IMG/VR virus record: IMGVR_UViG_2751185958_000017
DNA: 23,829 nt
Source: a virus
Taxonomy: Duplodnaviria; Heunggongvirae; Uroviricota; Caudoviricetes
Direction: 5' to 3' (one strand)
Shown one piece after another: positions 17,503 through 23,829 of this stretch; the stretch's first letter is position 1; each line of letters opens with the position of its first letter. The translations under genes and the position numbers were made by a program. The notes under the pieces were generated by a model, which was given only the letters and a program-made list of their open reading frames with translations, had not been told where the DNA came from and did not search any database.

Positions 17503-19674
17503 CTATTGATAGGTTTTACCAATTAGTGCCAGCTCGAAATGGATGCGTGGAATCTGCGAACGTTCAGCCTTTGTCATCCGCCCTGATGGCGCTATCTGGT
17601 ACGGTTTTAATGGTTCGCAGTTTCTTTGTTGCCAATTCGGTCTCGGTGCACCATGTTTTAATGCACTCCTGAGCACCGTCACAACTTCCGGGTCATCCCA
17701 TCCGATAACACCACTATCAACCAGATTTAACACCGCTGCGGCATGCTCAGACGGTGTAGGGTGCATAACCGGAACGTCACCGCCGGTGAACTTTCCACAG
17801 TTATTGACAGGACTCCGAGGCGCGGCGATGCCGCTTTTTAAAGTCAAAGGCTCAACGACCGGCACTTTCGGCACAATGCGCCAGTCCGTCGTTCTGGTGA
17901 TATGAATATGACGCGCGCCGAGATGCGGCGCGTAAATGCCGACCACTCTCTCGACTTCTTCCTCGTACTCGTTAACTTCATCCGACGGGCTACGGGCGAC
18001 CCTGACAGTCTGACAATCGCGCGGGACATTTGCCCCACCCTGCGCGCTGATATACAACGCAAAATCACCACTGTCTGCGGCGGCGCGAGCAGCCTCGACG
18101 CGCTCGTCAAACTCATCAGCAATGCTGACGCCGCGCGGCAATTTGCGTAGTTCACGGTAAGCCCCCATTGTCGGCAGACCAACCGTTTTAAATTGTGGGA
18201 TGCGCCACGTTGACGCCCATGCGGTAACAGCCGCGGCAGTATCTTTAAGCGGCTTACCGGTATCGTTATCGAGCTGACCATCCAGTGCATAGCCGTCGAT
18301 ATTTTTTGAGATGTATTTCGCGATATACCCCGCAGCACCGCCCCGGTTAAGGTGTTTCGCCTGAAAACGGTTTCGCGCAGCTCCTCTTTCGTCGCCATCC
18401 TCTTTGAGCGCATAGCGACGCATGATTTCGATAATCTGGTTACGCTGGCGCGGATTACAAAAAAGCATCATATGCCAGTGCGGCGTTCCGTCGTGGTGTG
18501 GCTCGACGACACGCAAACCGTAGACCTGTAAATCATTATCCTTGAATGCCGTGCGCATCAGGCTCCAGATACGGCAGAGATAACGCTGCGCATCCTTTGG
18601 ATTAAATGCCTCATCGTTCCAGCCGTGATTTAGCTGGACGGTTTTACTTTCGCCTTTTCTGACCTGACGTGTCGGGTGATACTTTGACGGCGCGGTCAGC
18701 GTGATAAACATCCCCACATCACCCTCTGCTGCGGCGTAACGCTCAATACCGGCAATGGTGTTCATCAGCTCCATCCGGCGAATTTCAGGATTAGAAATAC
18801 TGCCCATCACCTTACTGATAAGGTCGATGCGCTCGCCGGTTTCCCTGTTTTCAAGGTCACATGATTTAAGAAATTCCAGATTTGCCTGGCGGCGCGCACG
18901 CACATCACGAATGGCATGTTTACTGGCATAAGGAGAACGGTCTTTATTGACCTCCCCGACAGCTATCAGTAACGCCTCATGCCAGCGCATACGCTGGCCT
19001 TTAAGCTGATGAGTCCACCACTCATCGTTAAACAGGCGGGCAATGGCAGAATATGCCTGCCTCGTGGTCATCTGTCCTTTACGGTATTTTTTCCAGTAGA
19101 GCGGGGAAATATTGAAAGCACGTGCAGCGCCAGCAACATGACCATAAAGGTGAGCCTGCGCCTCATCCGTAAACAGCGATTCTTTTTCGCCATGTGCATC
19201 AACCCAGGCATCGCAGAGTTCCTCATACATCATGAAAAGCTGCGATGAGATACGGGCAGCAAACTTTTTCAGCTCCTTGTCATTCATTCCCGGCAGGCGC
19301 GCATAGTGGTCACGCTCTGCCAGAAACAGCAACGACGCGTCGGTGTTCATTTCATGGCGCTGATTCACACGCTCAATGCGCGGCCATAAACGACGCTGAA
19401 AAGTGGATGTGAGGAAATAAAACCCGTGCACCGGGCTTTTATTGCGCCGGATGTAGTCATAACGTGAAGTAAACAGCGAGCGCAAAAAGTAAGGCAGGCG
19501 GTTAATCGTGGATAAAACACCTTGCACCTGACGCATCTCGTCACGTGTAAGGGGTCTTTCGCGCCCGACAGCCTCGCGTGGCGCGTTCCATGCATAAGCA
19601 CCGGTAAACGTCTTACCGGTGCCTGCGGCAAATGCTGACGGAGGGACAAAACGCCCGGAGGCTTTAACGGCCAT
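17503..19674 (-). CDS. A: Replication initiation protein, rolling-circle endonuclease (P2 A homolog)
   Basis: Start set at MAVKASGRFVPPSAFAAGTGKTF... (the P2 A N-terminus as I recall it) with a gagg Shine-Dalgarno, not the upstream Met of the track ORF; about 723 aa; contains VVEPHHDGTPHWHMMLF, a HUH-type metal-binding motif. Confidence 0.88.
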   Translation of the reverse strand: MAVKASGRFVPPSAFAAGTGKTFTGAYAWNAPREAVGRERPLTRDEMRQVQGVLSTINRLPYFLRSLFTSRYDYIRRNKSPVHGFYFLTSTFQRRLWPRIERVNQRHEMNTDASLLFLAERDHYARLPGMNDKELKKFAARISSQLFMMYEELCDAWVDAHGEKESLFTDEAQAHLYGHVAGAARAFNISPLYWKKYRKGQMTTRQAYSAIARLFNDEWWTHQLKGQRMRWHEALLIAVGEVNKDRSPYASKHAIRDVRARRQANLEFLKSCDLENRETGERIDLISKVMGSISNPEIRRMELMNTIAGIERYAAAEGDVGMFITLTAPSKYHPTRQVRKGESKTVQLNHGWNDEAFNPKDAQRYLCRIWSLMRTAFKDNDLQVYGLRVVEPHHDGTPHWHMMLFCNPRQRNQIIEIMRRYALKEDGDERGAARNRFQAKHLNRGGAAGYIAKYISKNIDGYALDGQLDNDTGKPLKDTAAAVTAWASTWRIPQFKTVGLPTMGAYRELRKLPRGVSIADEFDERVEAARAAADSGDFALYISAQGGANVPRDCQTVRVARSPSDEVNEYEEEVERVVGIYAPHLGARHIHITRTTDWRIVPKVPVVEPLTLKSGIAAPRSPVNNCGKFTGGDVPVMHPTPSEHAAAVLNLVDSGVIGWDDPEVVTVLRSALKHGAPRPNWQQRNCEPLKPYQIAPSGRMTKAERSQIPRIHFELALIGKTYQ

Positions 19675-19939
19675 ATGAGCCAAAAGCCTCTGAACAACGC
19701 CTGCTGAGTTGCTCAACCTGCGCGTTTAAATCAGCAAAAGACTTTGCGCTTCCGGTCAGAATATCGTGATGCATCAGGCCGGAAACGAGCTGGCTTAATT
19801 TCGGGTAATAACCAACCACCGCCAGCCATTCCTGACCGGCGTTTTTACCGCTTTCCGCTCTCTTTTTCTCGTGGAGAATAAACTGAAAGCTGTCACTGGT
19901 AACGACATAACGTTCGCCAATTTCAATACGAATGCTCAT
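19664..19939 (-). CDS. Hypothetical protein (P2 orf83-position small ORF)
   Basis: 91-aa ORF upstream of and overlapping the A start; conserved position in P2-like early operons. Confidence 0.6.
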   Translation of the reverse strand: MSIRIEIGERYVVTSDSFQFILHEKKRAESGKNAGQEWLAVVGYYPKLSQLVSGLMHHDILTGSAKSFADLNAQVEQLSRRCSEAFGSYGR

Positions 19940-20160
19940 GCCATTCTCCGGTAATGTTTGTTTTTTGCTTCAAAGACTGACTGACAGGAAACACAACGCG
20001 TGGCTGACGGATAAGCCGCACGACGGGCAGCAGGTATTGGCGCGTCACACTCTTCGCAAACCAGCGAAGAAACACCGCAATGTTTTACCCTTGCCGCGTT
20101 AATCTGGCGCTCCAGTAATTCAGTCTGTTGTTCCTGAATAAAATCTACGTTGTCCGGCAT
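19936..20160 (-). CDS. TraR/DksA-family C4 zinc-finger protein (P2 orf82-position)
   Basis: 74-aa ORF with CxxC...CxxC (CEECDAPIPAARRAAYPSATRCVSCQ), typical of phage TraR/DksA-like proteins. Confidence 0.75.
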   Translation of the reverse strand: MPDNVDFIQEQQTELLERQINAARVKHCGVSSLVCEECDAPIPAARRAAYPSATRCVSCQSVFEAKNKHYRRMA

Positions 20161-20465
20161 TACCAGTTCCTTTTGTCGTTCAGTTTTTTAAATTCATCAG
20201 CGCAATAGCTGGCAAGTTCTGTCGTTAATTTTGTCAGTTCATCCACTGAGGAAATTTGCTTGTGGAATACAGCGCGTTTAACAAGTAAATTGACCACATC
20301 AGACAGGAGGTTTAATTCGTTCTGATAAATCGCGATAACAGACTCAGTTATTTCGCGTTTTTCTTTATCAAGACCAAGTTGAATAAGAGACAAATCGCCA
20401 TTTTTCATAACGGCGATTTTTAAGGCGTTATTCAGTAATACAACTGAACGAGAACAGGACATCAA
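20160..20465 (-). CDS. Hypothetical protein, AT-rich (P2 orf81-position)
   Basis: 101-aa ORF with lower GC than its neighbours; start overlaps the stop of the upstream ORF. Confidence 0.55.
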   Translation of the reverse strand: MMSCSRSVVLLNNALKIAVMKNGDLSLIQLGLDKEKREITESVIAIYQNELNLLSDVVNLLVKRAVFHKQISSVDELTKLTTELASYCADEFKKLNDKRNW

Positions 20466-20686
20466 AGCACCTCCCCGCGAGACAATCCGATATTGTGAAA
20501 TTTTTCCGACTCCTGACTGAGCAGCTCGACTATCTCCACGCGGGATAACTCCGCCTTTGTGATGTGGCGAATCATGGCATCAAGATGAGAAGAAAAGCGC
20601 GTCGCAGCGTCGGCCTGTGCTTCGGTTCTGGCCTGTTGCAGCAGTAATGCGTATTTACCGCACTGATTTTCAGAAACTGTATGCAT
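20462..20686 (-). CDS. Hypothetical protein (P2 orf80-position)
   Basis: 74-aa ORF between B and the downstream small ORFs. Confidence 0.5.
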   Translation of the reverse strand: MHTVSENQCGKYALLLQQARTEAQADAATRFSSHLDAMIRHITKAELSRVEIVELLSQESEKFHNIGLSRGEVL

Positions 20687-20749
20687 AACTTTCTCCAGGC
20701 AAAAAGAAGCCCCGCACGATTAAGTGCGTTAAAAACTCTGGTTAATTAC

Positions 20750-21250
20750 TTAATGCAGATATTGCTCTGGTTTTACCGACGTCAGAATTGTCGGTGCATA
20801 CTCAAACAGGCTGAATAATTCACGTAATGCACGGAATAAAGCATCACGCCAGTAACATGACTCTTCATTAATTCGCCAGTATGGCTGGTTGAATTCTTTT
20901 TCAGTCAATCCGGCATGCATAAATAAAGTACGACGCTGACTGACTGTTAAAAAACTAATATATGCATACTCACTTGCGCCAACCTGACGGCGTTTTGAGA
21001 ATGCCCCACGCAATTCATCAATTGCACATACCAGTCGTTCACGTTCGACATCATTCATTTCTTCAAAACGCATCGTTGCGTGACGCTGTTTTAACTGCGC
21101 ATGGAAGCAAACCGTTAGCCGTTCACGTTCCATCATCTGATTATAATAATCGCATGTCTCCTGCCAGCGAGGGACGGCCAGATGCTTACCAATTATCCGG
21201 CGCATAGCTGCTGGCTGTTTTTCAACAAGATTGAGCGTCATCACTGTCAT
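20750..21250 (-). CDS. B: Replication protein B (P2 B homolog; helicase-loader-like)
   Basis: 166-aa ORF, same length as P2 B, in the cox - orf78 - B - A order. Confidence 0.85.
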   Translation of the reverse strand: MTVMTLNLVEKQPAAMRRIIGKHLAVPRWQETCDYYNQMMERERLTVCFHAQLKQRHATMRFEEMNDVERERLVCAIDELRGAFSKRRQVGASEYAYISFLTVSQRRTLFMHAGLTEKEFNQPYWRINEESCYWRDALFRALRELFSLFEYAPTILTSVKPEQYLH

Positions 21251-21441
21251 TTCCAGACCCTCCGACTTTTCAGAAAGGTCAGAGCCTTCTTTAACGGACT
21301 CTGTTTTTTGGTGCGGATAATGATTCCCTTGCGTCCCTTACCGTGGGTAATGGTGAAGTCAATCGCCCTGGGGCTTTCGTTACGCAGTAACTGAGCAATA
21401 CAACGAGGCTCATTCATACGGTTCTCCTTAACGTGGTTCAC
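21247..21441 (-). CDS. Hypothetical small protein (P2 orf78-position)
   Basis: 64-aa ORF between cox and B; start uncertain (MNHVKENRMNEPR...). Confidence 0.5.
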   Translation of the reverse strand: MNHVKENRMNEPRCIAQLLRNESPRAIDFTITHGKGRKGIIIRTKKQSPLKKALTFLKSRRVWK

Positions 21442-21703
21442 CGAGACCTAACCACATCAACCAGCCGTCACGAATCTCTTTAGGGCGGCTTTCATAAGCC
21501 AGTTTTAGTCCGTTATTCCATGCCGGAAGGTATACCCAATATTCACCTGCACGACCTGAAGCTGATTGTGGATCGGTCATATCAATTACAGGCAGCTTTC
21601 CTTTATCGATCATCCGACGAACCGCTCCTGTCGATTTTCCTATTAGTTTTGCGAACTCCTGATAAGGAATCGCATCAGTCATGAGTGTTACTTGCTTGCT
21701 CAT
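21428..21703 (-). CDS. cox: Cox: excisionase/recombination directionality factor and repressor of Pc
   Basis: 91-aa ORF, the P2 Cox length; MSKQVTLMTDAIPYQEFAKLIGKSTGAVRRMIDKGKLPVIDM... matches my memory of P2 Cox; divergent from C. Confidence 0.88.
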   Translation of the reverse strand: MSKQVTLMTDAIPYQEFAKLIGKSTGAVRRMIDKGKLPVIDMTDPQSASGRAGEYWVYLPAWNNGLKLAYESRPKEIRDGWLMWLGLGEPR

Positions 21704-21817
21704 GTCGTCCTCCAGCCCTCATGAATTGCGTTTAATGCCTTATAATGCCTTTTAGTGCCCACATCCAAGCACTAAACAATCTACATCTAAACTAAATACT
21801 ATTGAGATCTAAACACT
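21704..21817. promoter_or_regulatory. Lysis/lysogeny switch region: face-to-face Pe and Pc promoters with C-repressor operator half-sites
   Basis: Direct repeats ATCTAAAC at 21785-21792 and 21807-21814 (22 bp centre to centre) just upstream of C, as expected for P2 operators O1/O2 flanking the Pe -10; TATAAT at 21741-21746 and repeated TAATGCCT motifs nearer cox are candidate Pc and Cox-box elements. Confidence 0.65.
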
Positions 21818-22117
21818 ATGTCAAACACGATAAGCGAGAAGATAGTCTTAATGCGAAAATCTGAGTATTTGAGCAGACAACAACTTGCTGATTTAACAGG
21901 GGTTCCGTATGGCACGCTGAGTTACTATGAAAGTGGTCGTTCAACACCTCCAACAGATGTCATGATGAACATCCTGCAGACCCCACAATTCACCAAATAC
22001 ACTTTATGGTTCATGACAAATCAGATCGCTCCTGAGTCCGGGCAAATTGCGCCCGCTCTCGCACACTTTGGGCAAAACGAAACAACGTCGCCCCACTCCG
22101 GTCAAAAGACTGGTTAA
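21818..22117 (+). CDS. C: Immunity repressor C (P2 C homolog)
   Basis: 99-aa ORF, the P2 C length; MSNTISEKIVLMRKSEYLSRQQLADLTGVPYGTLSYYESG... has a helix-turn-helix and matches my memory of P2 C; followed by int. Confidence 0.88.
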   Translation: MSNTISEKIVLMRKSEYLSRQQLADLTGVPYGTLSYYESGRSTPPTDVMMNILQTPQFTKYTLWFMTNQIAPESGQIAPALAHFGQNETTSPHSGQKTG

Positions 22118-22232
22118 CAATTTATCGTGAATATATTCATCACAAGTGCCTACTATTGGTGGCTAAATTTCAGCCACCACGAAAAAAGCGATTAGTAGTA
22201 GCAAAAAAAAGTACCACTCGGAGGGTTTTCTG

Positions 22233-23246
22233 ATGGCAATCAAAAAACTCGATGATGGTCGATATGAAGTGGACATCCGCCCTACTGGACGTAACGGAAA
22301 ACGCATCCGTAGGAAGTTTGATAAGAAAAGCGAAGCTGTCGCTTTCGAAAAATACACGTTGTACAACCACCACAATAAAGAATGGCTATCAAAACCAACA
22401 GACAAACGACGTCTGTCGGAACTGACACAGATCTGGTGGGATTTAAAGGGTAAACACGAAGAGCATGGGAAATCTAATCTTGGAAAAATTGAAATCTTCA
22501 CAAAAATAACGAATGACCCATGCGCATTTCAAATCACGAAATCCCTTATCAGCCAGTACTGCGCCACCCGAAGAAGTCAGGGTATTAAACCTTCGAGTAT
22601 CAATCGTGATTTAACATGTATTAGCGGCATGTTTACAGCCCTGATTGAAGCGGAGTTATTCTTTGGTGAGCACCCTATCAGAGGGACAAAGAGGCTTAAG
22701 GAGGAAAAACCAGAAACAGGCTATCTCACACAGGAAGAAATTGCCTTACTGCTTGCAGCACTTGACGGCGACAATAAAAAGATTGCGATTCTTTGCCTGA
22801 GTACAGGAGCACGTTGGGGAGAAGCAGCTCGTTTGAAAGCAGAAAATATCATCCATAACCGCGTCACGTTTGTTAAAACGAAAACAAACAAACCACGCAC
22901 CGTCCCGATCTCAGAGGCTGTTGCCAAAATGATCGCGGATAACAAACGAGGTTTTTTATTCCCTGATGCTGATTACCCTCGCTTCAGACGAACAATGAAA
23001 GCAATAAAACCGGATTTGCCAACGGGGCAAGCCACACATGCACTAAGGCACAGCTTTGCCACTCATTTCATGATTAATGGAGGAAGTATTATCACGCTAC
23101 AACGGATACTAGGTCACACGCGGATTGAGCAAACTATGGTTTACGCTCATTTTGCGCCAGAGTACCTTCAGGACGCCATTTCTCTTAATCCGCTAAGAGG
23201 TGGTACTGAGGCCGAGAGTGTCCACACAGTGTCCACAGTAGAGTAA
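22233..23246 (+). CDS. int: Integrase, tyrosine recombinase (P2 Int homolog)
   Basis: 337-aa ORF, the P2 Int length; ggaggg Shine-Dalgarno; C-terminal catalytic motifs (R...HALRHSFATH...LGHTRIEQTMVYAHF with the tyrosine nucleophile); adjacent to the att core. Confidence 0.9.
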   Translation: MAIKKLDDGRYEVDIRPTGRNGKRIRRKFDKKSEAVAFEKYTLYNHHNKEWLSKPTDKRRLSELTQIWWDLKGKHEEHGKSNLGKIEIFTKITNDPCAFQITKSLISQYCATRRSQGIKPSSINRDLTCISGMFTALIEAELFFGEHPIRGTKRLKEEKPETGYLTQEEIALLLAALDGDNKKIAILCLSTGARWGEAARLKAENIIHNRVTFVKTKTNKPRTVPISEAVAKMIADNKRGFLFPDADYPRFRRTMKAIKPDLPTGQATHALRHSFATHFMINGGSIITLQRILGHTRIEQTMVYAHFAPEYLQDAISLNPLRGGTEAESVHTVSTVE

Positions 23247-23325
23247 CGTTTAAGGGCTTTCAGTGGTAATTTATGCCGCTCAAACCCGCATTGTACCGTT
23301 GAAAGCCCCTACTGGTGACACCCTA

Positions 23326-23352
23326 AATCTCCCTTACACGGGCTTATTTTTT
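23326..23352. other. Prophage attachment-site core (27 bp), the int-proximal phage/host junction
   Basis: AATCTCCCTTACACGGGCTTATTTTTT is the reverse complement of AAAAAATAAGCCCGTGTAAGGGAGATT, which I recall as the P2 att core; lies 80 bp after the int stop; GC composition changes downstream. Confidence 0.75.
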
Positions 23353-23511
23353 TATGCATAAGCCCTATCTCTGGTAACCGTCTTCCATTGACCACATCGA
23401 TAGAATCCTCCTTCATAGCACGATGCCTTTCACTTATCGGCATCGTGCTCCCACAGGTTCCGGCTACGCACAGCCAGAACGCGCATAGTTGACGCTTACC
23501 AAAAAATATTC

Positions 23512-23829
23512 TCACTCTCCACATTTGAATGTCAGACGAGCGACACCATGTAATCCTACACCTTCTGTCTTCAGCTCAACTATTTGCATTTTTTTGCCCT
23601 GAGTAACACAGAAATGAGTTGCATCATTTTTTACTATATTTTCTGCACCAGATATTCTACCCCTGGCTAAAGAAGCTTCGGCTTCGGTGTAGTATTGGTT
23701 ATCGAGTTTACGCTGAATATTACTTTTATATGCAAGACCAAATTTACCGATACTTGTCTCATCATTATGCACAGCACAACCAGATATAAGAAAAACACTA
23801 GTTAATGATATAGCAGCTATCTTTTTCAT
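23512..23829 (-). CDS. Host-encoded small lipoprotein (105 aa), outside the prophage
   Basis: Complete ORF starting at the last codon of the window; MKKIAAISLTSVFLISGCAV has a signal peptide and lipobox; AT-rich. By synteny with the E. coli P2 attachment locus this could be yegR, but I do not recognise the sequence itself. Confidence 0.6.
   Translation of the reverse strand: MKKIAAISLTSVFLISGCAVHNDETSIGKFGLAYKSNIQRKLDNQYYTEAEASLARGRISGAENIVKNDATHFCVTQGKKMQIVELKTEGVGLHGVARLTFKCGE

Noticed and set aside
17844-18413. 189-aa ORF on the minus strand in another frame
   Set aside because: Lies within the replication gene A in an alternative frame with an arginine/serine-rich, non-protein-like composition.
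1-23829. tRNA, rRNA or other structured RNA genes
   Set aside because: No cloverleaf-like or rRNA-like sequence recognised by eye; P2-type integrases target a non-tRNA core, consistent with the absence of a tRNA at the boundary.

Overview
This window is most of a P2-like (Peduovirus-type) prophage of an enterobacterial host, read here in reverse of the usual P2 map. From left to right: the left end of an IS2 element (1-376) inserted about 210 bp downstream of the tail-fibre assembly gene; tail fibre and baseplate genes G-H-I-J-W-V (minus strand); an AT-rich cargo gene on the opposite strand at the P2 orf30 position between V and S; tail completion genes S and R; the lysis cassette lysC/lysB/lysA/K/Y; X; capsid and terminase genes L-M-N-O (minus) and P-Q (plus); a terminator and the cos site; a second AT-rich cargo gene at the P2 tin/old position between cos and A; replication genes A and B with small ORFs; the cox/C immunity switch; integrase; the 27-bp att core; and host DNA with a small lipoprotein gene. 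Gene assignments rest on gene order, protein lengths and my recognition of the P2 protein sequences; no database search was run. The two cargo genes are the main candidates for an undescribed accessory function, probably anti-phage: a 378-aa two-transmembrane-helix protein (5716-6852) and a 309-aa DUF4238-like protein (16470-17399). No tRNA, rRNA or CRISPR array was found.
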